64,000 nucleotides of DNA from the NCBI GenBank assembly GCA_965203555.1, contig CBDBCY010000004.1, forward strand, positions 2,624,001 through 2,688,000, in the 5' to 3' direction. This DNA comes from Acidimicrobiia bacterium (GTDB lineage: Bacteria; Actinomycetota; Acidimicrobiia; Spongiisociales; ZC4RG35). Made by a program: the position numbers and the translations under genes. The notes below the pieces were generated by a model. The model was not told the DNA's origin, ran no database searches, and saw only the letters and a program-made list of their open reading frames with translations. Shown here in pieces: positions 30,328 to 39,856 of the stretch. Positions within the stretch are counted from its first letter, which is position 1; each line of letters begins with the position of its first letter.

Positions 30328-31455
30328 ATGTTTATGTATGCGAACACCCCACCCAGGGGTGGAAGGTGGCTGGTGCTGCTGGCGTTGTCGGCACTGGCCT
30401 TGGGCGCCTGCGGAAGTGAGGGCTCTTCTGCAGTCGAGTCCGGCGTCACCACGGAAGCTCCCACCACTACCGCGACGGCCCCGACCACCACTGCGGTCCC
30501 AACCACGACGGCCCCGCCGACCACCACCACGGCGGCGCCGCCCACTACAACTACAACCACGGCGGCGCCGACCGTCACCACGGAAGCTCCCACCACGACG
30601 GCGCTGACCACTACAACCACGCAGGCGCCTCCCGCTTTTCCGGTGGATGTGAGGGATTCGCAAGGCACAGTTACCATCTCTGCTCGGCCGGAGCGAATTG
30701 TCTCCCTGTCGGGGTCGACCACCGAGATGCTTTTCGCGATCGGCGCCGGTTCTCAGGTGGTGGCGGTTGACAGCTATTCCTATTACCCGCCCGAGGCGCC
30801 GGTCACGGACCTGTCCTCATTCAGTCCCAATGTCGAAGCCATCACCGCTTTCGATCCCGACCTGGTGGTCGTATTCTATGACCCGGGCGACCTGATGTCG
30901 TCGCTGGGGACACTGGGGATCCCGGCGCTAATGATGCAATCGGCAAGCTCTCTCGACGATGTCTGGCATCAGATTGAACAACTCGGAATCGCCACCGGCC
31001 ATCGGATGGAGGCCGATGACCTGATAGCTTCGATGCAGCACCGGATCGAGGAGATAGTGGCCGACCTTCCGGAGGTGTCATTCACCTATTACTACGAACT
31101 GGATCAGAACCTCTACTCCGCGACCTCCGCCACCTTCATCGGACAGGTCCTGGGCCTGCTCGGTCTTGAGAACATTGCCGACCCTGCCGATGAGCAGGGC
31201 TACGGGTATCCCCAGCTCTCTTCGGAGTACATCGTCGATGTGGATCCCGATATGATTTTTTTGGCGGACACCTTGTGCTGCGGGCAGAATCTGGAGACCG
31301 TTTCCGAGCGCCCCGGATGGTCGGCGCTCACGGCGGTGACCAATGGGGCGGTGGTGGAGCTCAATGATGACATCGCCTCCCGGTGGGGTCCGCGGATTGT
31401 GGACCTCCTGGAGGTAGCCGCGGTCGCAGTGGTTGAGTTGGCAGCCCGGGGTTGA
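30328..31455 (+). CDS. btuF: Cobalamin ABC substrate-binding lipoprotein
   Basis: Lipobox LGAC, Thr-rich linker, PERIVSLS..TEMLFAIG and SRWGPR; riboswitch upstream. Confidence 0.85.
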   Translation: MFMYANTPPRGGRWLVLLALSALALGACGSEGSSAVESGVTTEAPTTTATAPTTTAVPTTTAPPTTTTAAPPTTTTTTAAPTVTTEAPTTTALTTTTTQAPPAFPVDVRDSQGTVTISARPERIVSLSGSTTEMLFAIGAGSQVVAVDSYSYYPPEAPVTDLSSFSPNVEAITAFDPDLVVVFYDPGDLMSSLGTLGIPALMMQSASSLDDVWHQIEQLGIATGHRMEADDLIASMQHRIEEIVADLPEVSFTYYYELDQNLYSATSATFIGQVLGLLGLENIADPADEQGYGYPQLSSEYIVDVDPDMIFLADTLCCGQNLETVSERPGWSALTAVTNGAVVELNDDIASRWGPRIVDLLEVAAVAVVELAARG

Positions 31456-32510
31456 GCGCCTTGACGCCACCAGCGTTGGTCCAGCCGTCCCGGGTGGGAC
31501 CGGGGAGACTGATGCTGGCGGTGGCGCTGGGAGCGACGGTGCTGGGGGTTGCTCTCATGGTCGGACCGGCCGGGTTGGATATGGGAGGAGTAGTCGCCGC
31601 CCTGCTGGACCGATTTCCGTTACTGGAAGTGGAGAGTTCCCTGACGGACCGTGAGTTGGCCATCCTGTGGGAGATTCGTCTGCCACGGGCGGTCATGGGC
31701 ATCCTGGTCGGAGCTACCCTGGCTTCAGCCGGCGCCGCCTACCAGGGAGTCTTCCGCAATCCCCTGGCCGATCCGTATCTGCTGGGGGTGGCGGCCGGCG
31801 CCGGTCTGGGCGCCACGGTGGCCATTCTGCTGCGCGCCAGGGGTTTTCCCAACATGCCATTGGCCCCGCTTGCTTTCGTTGGTGCGGTGATGGGTGTGGC
31901 GCTTTCCTACGGACTGTCCCGGACCAGGGGCAGGGAGCGCCGATCGGCTACCACCCTGGTGCTGGCGGGAGTGGCGGTGGCGTCCTTTCTGACCGCGGTT
32001 CAGACTTTTCTTCAGCTGACCAATGTCACGACCCTGCGGGAGGTCTACAGCTGGATACTGGGTCGTCTGGTGACGGTGGGATGGGGCGACCTGTACGCGG
32101 TGCTGCCCTACATGCTGGTCAGCTGGCTGGTGTTGCTGGCATTCCGCAGAGCCCTCGACGTGATGGCCGTGGGAGACGACGAGGCGGCTGCCCTGGGGTT
32201 GTCGCCCCGCACCGTAAGACTGATCGTGATCGCGGCGGCCACCCTGGGGGCGGCGGCGGCCGTGTCGGCCAGCGGGCTGATCGCTTTTGTGGGGATCATC
32301 GTTCCTCACACGGTCCGGTTGCTGGCCGGTTGGAGCTACAGGGTGATCATTCCGCTGTCGCTCCTGGTGGGAGGCGCCTTTCTTGCCGCCGCTGATCTGG
32401 TGGCCCGCACCGTGGTGTCTCCTGCCGAGTTGCCCATCGGGGTGGTGACCGCCTTCCTGGGCGGTCCTTTCTTTCTGATGGTTCTGCGGACCTCTGGAGA
32501 TCTGGAGTGA
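31452..32510 (+). CDS. btuC: FecCD/BtuC-family permease
   Basis: IRLPR, FRNPLADPYLLG and ELPIGVVTA..GGPFF motifs. Confidence 0.88.
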   Translation: MSALTPPALVQPSRVGPGRLMLAVALGATVLGVALMVGPAGLDMGGVVAALLDRFPLLEVESSLTDRELAILWEIRLPRAVMGILVGATLASAGAAYQGVFRNPLADPYLLGVAAGAGLGATVAILLRARGFPNMPLAPLAFVGAVMGVALSYGLSRTRGRERRSATTLVLAGVAVASFLTAVQTFLQLTNVTTLREVYSWILGRLVTVGWGDLYAVLPYMLVSWLVLLAFRRALDVMAVGDDEAAALGLSPRTVRLIVIAAATLGAAAAVSASGLIAFVGIIVPHTVRLLAGWSYRVIIPLSLLVGGAFLAAADLVARTVVSPAELPIGVVTAFLGGPFFLMVLRTSGDLE

Positions 32511-33331
32511 CCGGTCTGCAGGTGCGGAACGTCTCGGTGGTCCTGGGAGAAGCCCAGGTCGTTGACTCGGTGACCCTCTCGGTTGAGGAAGGGGAGTGGC
32601 TGGGACTGATCGGTCCCAACGGAGCAGGCAAGACCACCTTGCTGAGGGCCATCACCGGCGCCACGGTCACCGACACCGGGGAGGTGAACTACAGGGGAAG
32701 GGATTTGAGCCGACTCGGCGCTCGCCAAAGAGCCAAGTTGATGGCGGTGGTCCCTCAAAACCCGGTGGTTCCCTGGGGGATGGGGGTCAGTGATTACGTC
32801 CTGCTGGGTCGAACTTCCCATGTCGGATGGCTCGGTCGGGAGACCCGTACCGACTTGGAGATCGCTCACCGGTCCCTACAAGCCCTGGGCCTGGAGAAAC
32901 TGTCCCGACGCAGGCTCGATGAACTGTCCGGGGGTGAGTTGCAGAGAGCGGTTCTGGCCCGCGCCCTGACCCAGGACGCTCCACTGCTCATTCTGGATGA
33001 GCCGACCTCTTCTCTCGATATCGGTCACGGACAGCAGATGATGGAAAGGGTCGACCGTCTCAGACATGAACAGCGCCTGACGGTGATCAGCGCCTTGCAC
33101 GACCTGACCTTGGCGGCACAGTTTTGCGACCGTTTGGTGATGATGTCGGGAGGGAAGGCGATCCTGGATGGGCCTCCCCGTTCCGTGATCACCGAAGGCG
33201 CTTTGCGCGACCACTATGGAGCGCAGGTGCGGGTCCTTTCGGGCCCGGAGTTCGGAGTGGTGGTGATCCCCCTTCGAACCGGCGCTGAGGCCGAGGAGGA
33301 AAAAATGATGGGGACCGCCGGCGTTTTATAG
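32507..33331 (+). CDS. btuD: Cobalamin/siderophore ABC ATP-binding protein
   Basis: GPNGAGKT, LSGGELQR, LDEPT and HDL motifs. Confidence 0.85.
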   Translation: MTGLQVRNVSVVLGEAQVVDSVTLSVEEGEWLGLIGPNGAGKTTLLRAITGATVTDTGEVNYRGRDLSRLGARQRAKLMAVVPQNPVVPWGMGVSDYVLLGRTSHVGWLGRETRTDLEIAHRSLQALGLEKLSRRRLDELSGGELQRAVLARALTQDAPLLILDEPTSSLDIGHGQQMMERVDRLRHEQRLTVISALHDLTLAAQFCDRLVMMSGGKAILDGPPRSVITEGALRDHYGAQVRVLSGPEFGVVVIPLRTGAEAEEEKMMGTAGVL

Positions 33332-33354
33332 GATTTGCCGAAAGGAGAACGGAA

Positions 33355-33924
33355 ATGACCATACAGGAAAGGCCGCCCACCGAAGGCCCTTCGATCGGAT
33401 CGGGTCGGGCGCCGTCATTGGTGCTGGTTCACACCGGTCACGGCAAGGGAAAGAGTACCGCCGCGTTCGGAACCATGCTGCGGGCGGTTTCGAGAGGATG
33501 GAAGGTGGCGGTGGTGCAGTTCCTCAAATCGGGTAAGTGGAAAGTTGGGGAGGAGAAGGTCGGACGCAGTCTGGGCGTGGACTGGTGGGCCTTGGGGGAT
33601 GGTTTCACCTGGGACTCTGAGAACATGTCCGAGACCGAAGCAGTGGCGCGAGAAGCTTGGTCCTTTACCCGTCGGCTGGTCTCGGCAGGGACCCACCGGA
33701 TGGTGGTGCTCGACGAAGTGACCTACCCCCTCAACTGGGGATGGATCGACGAGAGTGAGATGCTGGAGATGATCCGCAGTCGACCTTCCCATGTCACCGT
33801 CATACTCACCGGGCGCGATGCTCCCGACTCCCTGATCGAAGCAGCCGACACGGTCACCGAGATGGTCAAAGTCAAACACGCATTCGATCGGGGAATCAGG
33901 GCCCGTCGAGGGATTGATTTCTAA
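33355..33924 (+). CDS. cobO: Cob(I)yrinic acid a,c-diamide adenosyltransferase (CobA/CobO/BtuR)
   Basis: HTGHGKGKSTAAFG, VQFLK, LDE, LTGR, ADTVTEM..VKH and GIDF motifs. Confidence 0.93.
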   Translation: MTIQERPPTEGPSIGSGRAPSLVLVHTGHGKGKSTAAFGTMLRAVSRGWKVAVVQFLKSGKWKVGEEKVGRSLGVDWWALGDGFTWDSENMSETEAVAREAWSFTRRLVSAGTHRMVVLDEVTYPLNWGWIDESEMLEMIRSRPSHVTVILTGRDAPDSLIEAADTVTEMVKVKHAFDRGIRARRGIDF

Positions 33925-33926
33925 AT

Positions 33927-34451
33927 GTGATAGAACTTTGGTTGGTTCGGCATGGCGAGACCGACTGGAATCGCGACTTTTTGCTTCAGGGCTGGGTTGA
34001 CACACCCCTCAACAGCACCGGACGCGATCAAGCCCGGGAGTTGGCCGACAGGCTGGCAGGTCGGACATTCACCGGGGTGTGGAGTTCCGACCTTTCCAGG
34101 GCCGTCGACACCGCCCGACTGGCCTTCGGCGAGCCCACCCGGGACGCCGCTTTGCGAGAACTCGATTTTGGCGACATCCAGGGGCTGAATTGGCAGGGGC
34201 TGGCGCCGCAGATGCGGAGAAAGATGATCGCTTTCGACGGGTTCGCCGCGCCCGGGGGAGAGTCGAACCAGCAGATGAAGGAAAGAGTGGTGAAGTTTCT
34301 GGGAGGGCTGGCGGACGGAGTGCATCTCATATTCACTCATGGCGGGGTTATCCGCATGCTGCGCCGCATGTGCGATGATGACCGTTTCCCCCAGCAGTGT
34401 GAGATAGCCAGATTGGATTGGACCAACCGACGCGCTCTCGAGTTGGACTGA
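33927..34451 (+). CDS. Histidine phosphatase family protein (CobC-like by context)
   Basis: RHGETDWN, SSDLSRA..TA, LRELDFG and THGG motifs; in the B12 operon. Confidence 0.8.
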   Translation: MIELWLVRHGETDWNRDFLLQGWVDTPLNSTGRDQARELADRLAGRTFTGVWSSDLSRAVDTARLAFGEPTRDAALRELDFGDIQGLNWQGLAPQMRRKMIAFDGFAAPGGESNQQMKERVVKFLGGLADGVHLIFTHGGVIRMLRRMCDDDRFPQQCEIARLDWTNRRALELD

Positions 34452-34508
34452 GCCCAAGCCGCGGAGTGCGAATTCCTGCCGCAACGCGGTGATTAATCTC
34501 AGAGGAGA

Positions 34509-35207
34509 GTGCGGGAACCAGTGACCACCGGACGATGGACGATCCCTGACCTGGCCATGATCGCCCTGGCCGGTCTGGTAGGTTCGATCCTGCCGGTTAT
34601 TCTCGGTGCGGGGACCGATGTGATCCTGCTCCTGGTGGGTCAGTTCGTGTTTACCGCCGCAGCGCTGTGGTTGGTGGGAAAGGCCCGCGGGAGAGACTTT
34701 CAGCACCTCGGGTTCGTGGTGGAGGTCCGGGACGGGCTGATGCTTTTTCTGGGGGCAGGACTGCAGATTCTCTTCGCCATCCTGTTCCTGCCCCTGGCGA
34801 TGCTGGTGGGATTGGAGAGCGAGCCACAGTCTCTGGCCGGCGAAATCGCCGGCGCCTCGGGGACTTACCGACGGCTGGCGCTGTTACTGCTGGTGGGCCT
34901 AATGGGTCCCATTCTGGAGGAACTGATGTTTCGAGGGGTTCTGATCGTGGCCCTGGTCGGTCGATTCAAGGCGAAGGGGGTGATCATCGGTTCGTCCGCC
35001 GCCTTCTCGGCTTTCCACATAGTTGGAGTCTCCACGGTTCAGCCACTGGAGTCCAGTGTGGTGCTGGTTCCCCAGTTGTTCCTGTTCGGAGCGGTGTTGG
35101 CCTACCTTCGAATCATGAGAGAACGACTGGGGCCGGCAATCTTCGCCCATGCCGGATTCAATCTGCTGAGCCTGTCGGTACTTCTCTTCTTTCCCGAGTT
35201 GCTGTAA
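34509..35207 (+). CDS. CPBP/Abi family intramembrane glutamic protease
   Basis: EELMFRG, FSAFH and HAGFN motifs. Confidence 0.88.
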   Translation: MREPVTTGRWTIPDLAMIALAGLVGSILPVILGAGTDVILLLVGQFVFTAAALWLVGKARGRDFQHLGFVVEVRDGLMLFLGAGLQILFAILFLPLAMLVGLESEPQSLAGEIAGASGTYRRLALLLLVGLMGPILEELMFRGVLIVALVGRFKAKGVIIGSSAAFSAFHIVGVSTVQPLESSVVLVPQLFLFGAVLAYLRIMRERLGPAIFAHAGFNLLSLSVLLFFPELL

Positions 35208-35209
35208 AA

Positions 35210-36385
35210 TCAGAAGTCAAACGCCGGCAGCCGTCGTTCCAGCAACGCTTCATAGGGATCCTCCACCCGCAATGACGGGCGTTCTGCACGAATATCGTCC
35301 CAAACTGCACGCATTTCCGGAGTGGCGCGATATCGGCGGCCTCGTTTCTCCCCAATGGCCTTCAGGAGACCGGCTCGGTGCATAGCCAGCAGGTCACGGG
35401 TTCCTGTCATATCGCTGATTTCCTCGGATAGTGATTTGTTGACGATTTTGACGTAGAGCGACCGCCAGAGAGTGCGGCCACGGGCAGCATCTTCGAGTGC
35501 TCCGACAACCCGGTCCGGGAGTCTGTGCCGGGTGGCGAGATCCTGGCACCGGGTGGAAAGCGCTTCGAACTGCTCCGTCCGCCTCTGCAAAGTACGGGCT
35601 TGCCGATAGTGGGCCGTGAGGCAAAATTTGATCCAGGGGCCGGTACTTAGCTCTGGCTCCCATCTACCGTGATGGACTGTGCTCAATGCCCTGTAGTAAC
35701 TAGGGGTGTTACGTCCCAGGTACTCCTCGATACTCGAGAAGACCGTGTCCAGGATGCCTTCCGATGCGAGGACAAGAGTCTGAACACAGCGAGCCATCCT
35801 CCCATTACCGTCGCTCCAAGGGTGGACCATTACGAGGTTCAGGTGCGCCATGGCGGCGGTGACCATGGTTGGATGGGTGCTTTGGTTGATAGCGTCAAGG
35901 GTTTCTGTCACTAACTCCTCCACCAAATCCCGGCTCGGGGCGGTGTATACCACCTGCCCGGTTTCGTCGGTGACGTAAATCGGACCAGGCCGCCACTGGC
36001 CCGGATTCTTTTTTAGGTTGTATTTCATGATCATGAAGTGCAGGCCTAAGAGGATCGAGCGGTCAATTCTCTGATCGGATTTTGCCAACTGCATCACGTA
36101 AGTCATAGCGTCGCGGTAGCCGGCTATGGCGTGCCGGGTCTCTTGGCGGGTGTCCATGGGTTCCTCTTCTTCGATCACGGCAGCCACGTCCTCGGCGGTT
36201 GCGTGGTAGCCCTCGATGGAATTGGAACCTTGAACTGCTCGGGCAAAGGATGCCCGGCGTAGGGTTCCATACCATCGGCGTGGGTAGTGGAGGCGGAAGC
36301 GGAGCGTCTTACGGAGTGCGGCAATGGATTCCAGCACTTGCTGGTCGGCGTCTGTCAGGTCGGGTGGTTGATAAATCTTTGACAT
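35210..36385 (-). CDS. Fic family protein (class II, N-terminal autoinhibitory motif, probable C-terminal HTH)
   Basis: HPWSDGNGRMAR Fic motif; SNSIEG inhibitory (S/T)xxxE(G/N) motif; C-terminal TRDL..M...GLL...GEKRGRRY. Confidence 0.88.
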   Translation of the reverse strand: MSKIYQPPDLTDADQQVLESIAALRKTLRFRLHYPRRWYGTLRRASFARAVQGSNSIEGYHATAEDVAAVIEEEEPMDTRQETRHAIAGYRDAMTYVMQLAKSDQRIDRSILLGLHFMIMKYNLKKNPGQWRPGPIYVTDETGQVVYTAPSRDLVEELVTETLDAINQSTHPTMVTAAMAHLNLVMVHPWSDGNGRMARCVQTLVLASEGILDTVFSSIEEYLGRNTPSYYRALSTVHHGRWEPELSTGPWIKFCLTAHYRQARTLQRRTEQFEALSTRCQDLATRHRLPDRVVGALEDAARGRTLWRSLYVKIVNKSLSEEISDMTGTRDLLAMHRAGLLKAIGEKRGRRYRATPEMRAVWDDIRAERPSLRVEDPYEALLERRLPAFDF

Positions 36386-36607
36386 GTCAATTATTAATGG
36401 TCTTATGGATAGTCTGCGTCTATAAATTATAGATGCAATTAGATGGTAGGTAACTAACACGCCAGGTTAGGACCTCCGGGCTTATAGGTGAGGCCAGCCG
36501 ATGGACCGCGCATTAGGGGCGGCCAACCGGTCCAATGCGGCAGAACCCCACGTTTCAAGGACCTGTGGGCGGCGGCACGCCTTTTCGAATTTGGTAGCTT
36601 CCTTTCG

Positions 36608-37516
36608 ATGGAGGAGAGCGGACTGCGCCCAGGACAGCCGGGCGCGGGCGCGGGGCGGCCGTTGGCGAAGAAGGGGACCCTGCTGGCGGTGGGGGCGGTG
36701 ATGCTGTTCGGCTGTTTCGCGGTGGTGGCCATCGATGTGCTTCAATACCACACTTCCGCGGAGTTGACCTTCCGGAATTCGATCATCTCGGGGGTGGTGC
36801 TGGGGGTGGCCGCCGCCCGCAGGGGTGGGCTCCGTCCTCAGGGCCGCCTGGGAATCCTGTTAGGAATGGGCGGCTGCGTGGCGGCGATGGCGCTGTTGTT
36901 CTTCACGGCTCTCGAGAGGCTGGGCGCCGGACCGGCAATCACCCTTCAGTTCATCACGGTGCTGGTGGTGATGGTGTGGACCCAGGCGGTGCGGAAGGCA
37001 CGGATTCCCACGGTTGCCTGGGTGGCCGGGGCGGTGACCGTACTGGGGATATCCTTGGTGGTGGAGGCCTGGGTCTGGGAAACGGTGGATGTGGTGGGGA
37101 TCACGACGGGGGCGGGGTCTGCGGTTTTTCTGGCAGGGTACCTGCTGTTGGCCGATCGTGCGGCAGAACACCTTTCCCCCTGGACCATCTCTGCCTACGC
37201 GATGGGAATCGCGGCATTGTTGGTGCTGCCGATTTCCGGGATAGGACCCATGGATCTGCCGGCATCCCACTGGTGGTCGGTCCTGGCCCTCGGTGTGGTC
37301 GGAACCGCGGTGCCGGTGGTGTTGGAGGTGGCCGCGGTGCGCCACGCCGGGCCGGGGCCGGTGGGAATGATCATCCTCACCCAGCCGGTGGTGGGCAGCG
37401 TCGCCGCCTGGTTCCTCGTGGGACAGATCCTCAGCCCGATACAGGTAGTGGGCATCGGGATCTCCCTGGCCGCAGTGCTACTGGTGCAACTAAAAGTCAC
37501 CGAGGCTCTGGCATAG
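36608..37516 (+). CDS. EamA/DMT family transporter, copy 1
   Basis: About 10 TM helices, ALERLGAGPA.TLQF and LTQPVV motifs. Confidence 0.85.
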   Translation: MEESGLRPGQPGAGAGRPLAKKGTLLAVGAVMLFGCFAVVAIDVLQYHTSAELTFRNSIISGVVLGVAAARRGGLRPQGRLGILLGMGGCVAAMALLFFTALERLGAGPAITLQFITVLVVMVWTQAVRKARIPTVAWVAGAVTVLGISLVVEAWVWETVDVVGITTGAGSAVFLAGYLLLADRAAEHLSPWTISAYAMGIAALLVLPISGIGPMDLPASHWWSVLALGVVGTAVPVVLEVAAVRHAGPGPVGMIILTQPVVGSVAAWFLVGQILSPIQVVGIGISLAAVLLVQLKVTEALA

Positions 37517-37525
37517 CGTCAACCT

Positions 37526-37564
37526 GGGATCAGGTACCCGACCGCCATCCTGACATGTGTTCCC
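37526..37564 (-). pseudogene. Duplicate of the last ~10 codons and stop of ahcY
   Basis: 34/39 nt identical to 38605-38643; encodes EHMSGWRSGT* versus EYMSGWRSGT*. Confidence 0.85.
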
Positions 37565-37673
37565 CCCGGACTATGTGAGTCCTCCGCCGAGGGCGCCACC
37601 GGCCATCAGGGCATCGGGGCTTTGGTATGCAATAGGTGATGGCCGCTTGCACCAGGTTGGTAACTTCTCTTTG

Positions 37674-38582
37674 ATGAGCGTGGGCCGAATTGACGAGGGC
37701 AAACCCGGCCCGGGTTTCGTGAGACCCCAGGCGCGGAGGGGGACCCTGCTGGCGATTGTGGTGGTATTGCTGTTCGGTTACTTCGCGGTGGTGGTGATCC
37801 AACTGCTCGACTATCACAGATCCATCGAGTTGGCCCAGCGCCACCAGGCGATCGCCGGGCTGGTGCTGCTGGTGGCGGCCCTGCGAAAGGGGCGCCTCCA
37901 TCCACGCGGCCGTCTCGGAACGCTGGTCATTACGGGCTGCGCCATGGCGGTGATGGCAATGCTGCTCTTTACCGGCCTGGAGAGATTGGGGGCCGGTCCG
38001 GCCATGACCCTGCAGTTCGTAGCGGTGCTGGCGGTGATGGTCTGGGCGCAGGTGATAGGAGGGGTCCGAGTGCCGTTGGTTGCCTGGCTGGCGGGGCTGG
38101 TCACCATGCTGGGCATCTGCATGGTGGTGGAGGCTTGGGTATGGGAACGGGTGGACCTGATAGGGATAGCCGCGGGGGTGGGGTCAGCGCTGTTCCTGGG
38201 CGCCTACTTTCTATTGGTCGACCACCTGGCAGAGCAACTCCCGCCGCTCACCATCGCCACCTATGCCTTGTTGACAGCCGCTTTGTTCCTGACGCCCGGC
38301 GCCGGGTTGGGTCCCCTGGATCTGCCGGTCCCCCAGTGGTGGTGGCTGCTGGCCCTGGGCGTGATGGGGACGGCTGTCCCGATGTTGCTGGAGGTGATCG
38401 CCATCCGCCTGGCGGGTCCGGGTCCGGTGGGGATGATCCTGCTCACCCAGCCGGTGGTGGGAGGGGTGGCGGCCTGGATCATGCTGGGACAAGCCTTGTC
38501 CCCGGGCCAGATCTTGGGGATCGCCGTTTCGCTGGCGGGGATCCTGTTGGTCCAGATCAAGTTGGCCGAGGCGCGTTCGTAG
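37674..38582 (+). CDS. EamA/DMT family transporter, copy 2
   Basis: Colinear paralog of 36608..37516. Confidence 0.85.
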   Translation: MSVGRIDEGKPGPGFVRPQARRGTLLAIVVVLLFGYFAVVVIQLLDYHRSIELAQRHQAIAGLVLLVAALRKGRLHPRGRLGTLVITGCAMAVMAMLLFTGLERLGAGPAMTLQFVAVLAVMVWAQVIGGVRVPLVAWLAGLVTMLGICMVVEAWVWERVDLIGIAAGVGSALFLGAYFLLVDHLAEQLPPLTIATYALLTAALFLTPGAGLGPLDLPVPQWWWLLALGVMGTAVPMLLEVIAIRLAGPGPVGMILLTQPVVGGVAAWIMLGQALSPGQILGIAVSLAGILLVQIKLAEARS

Positions 38583-38608
38583 CTCGACCACCGGTTCGTC
38601 AGCCGGGA

Positions 38609-39856
38609 TCAGGTCCCTGATCGCCATCCCGACATGTATTCCCGTTGCTCCCCGGTCAACTCCTCCAGCCGTCCCCCCAGCGCCTCGATCTTGATGCGGG
38701 CCACCATCTGGTCTATATCGGTCGGCAGCACGTAGACCTGGGGCGTCAGGGAACCGTGGTTCGCGACCAGCCAACGCAGCGCCAGGACCTGGTTGGCGAA
38801 GGATAGGTCCATGACGTCGGCGGGGTGCCCTTCGGCTGCTCCCAGGTTGGCCAGACGGCCCTCCGCTACCAGAAACAGTCGACGCCCGTCATCCATTCGG
38901 AACTCCTCCAGGTTGGGACGAACCGTTCGTCGCTCCGCCGCCTGGTCGGCCAGAGCCTTGACGTCGATCTCCACGTCGAAATGGCCGGCGTTGGCCAGAA
39001 TCGCCCCGTCCTTCATCAGGTCAAGGTGACTCTCGGCCAGAACGTGCCGGTTGCCGGTCACGGTGATAAAGATATCCCCCTCCGCGGCGGCCTGCTGAGC
39101 CGTGAGGACCCGGTAACCGTCCATCAGGGCGCGCAGCGCTCTGACCGCGTCCACTTCCACCACGATCACCCGGGCGCCCAGGCCGTCTGCCCGGATGGCC
39201 ACGCCCTGTCCGCAGTGGCCGTAGCCCACTACCACCACCGTGGAACCGGCCACCAGCAGGTTGGTGGAGCGGATAATCCCGTCCAGGGTCGACTGACCGG
39301 TGCCGTAGTAGTTGTCGAACAGATGCTTGGTGGCGGAATCGTTCACCGCCACCACCGGAATCCGCAGGGCGCCTTCCCGGGACATGGCCCGCAGACGATT
39401 TACCCCGGTGGTGGTCTCTTCCGTGGCCCCCATAGGCGAGAGTTCGGGATGGCGGCGATGAAGGGCGGAGATCACGTCACCTCCGTCGTCCACCAACAGA
39501 TGGGGCCTGCGGCTTAGCACCTCCTCGATGTGGCGGTGGTAGCGGTCCGCGTCCTCTCCGCGGATGGCCATCACCTCCATCCCCTCGGCTGCCAGTGCGG
39601 CGGCCACGTCGTCCTGGGTGGAGAGAGGATTGGATGCGCACAGAGAGATTTCAGCCCCGGCGTCTGCCAGAGCGAGCATCAGATTGGCGGTCTCGGAGGT
39701 CACATGCAGGCAGGCGCCCACTCTCAAGCCGTCGAGCGGACGGTCATCTGAGAGTTGTTTCCGGACAGCGCCGAGCACCGGCATCCGGCTGGCGGCCCAC
39801 TCCACCCTCATCCGACCCTGTGGCGCCAGCCCGGGATCGGCCAGGTCAGAAGGCAT
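38609..39856 (-). CDS. ahcY: Adenosylhomocysteinase
   Basis: MPVL, CLHVT.ETA, SNPLSTQD, EETTTG, KHLFDN.YGTGQS, NAGHF and GHPADVMDLSFANQ motifs. Confidence 0.97.
   Translation of the reverse strand: MPSDLADPGLAPQGRMRVEWAASRMPVLGAVRKQLSDDRPLDGLRVGACLHVTSETANLMLALADAGAEISLCASNPLSTQDDVAAALAAEGMEVMAIRGEDADRYHRHIEEVLSRRPHLLVDDGGDVISALHRRHPELSPMGATEETTTGVNRLRAMSREGALRIPVVAVNDSATKHLFDNYYGTGQSTLDGIIRSTNLLVAGSTVVVVGYGHCGQGVAIRADGLGARVIVVEVDAVRALRALMDGYRVLTAQQAAAEGDIFITVTGNRHVLAESHLDLMKDGAILANAGHFDVEIDVKALADQAAERRTVRPNLEEFRMDDGRRLFLVAEGRLANLGAAEGHPADVMDLSFANQVLALRWLVANHGSLTPQVYVLPTDIDQMVARIKIEALGGRLEELTGEQREYMSGWRSGT

Noticed and set aside
30440-30630. ACC-rich repeats as a DNA-level repeat element
   Set aside because: They encode the Thr/Pro/Ala linker of the BtuF lipoprotein.
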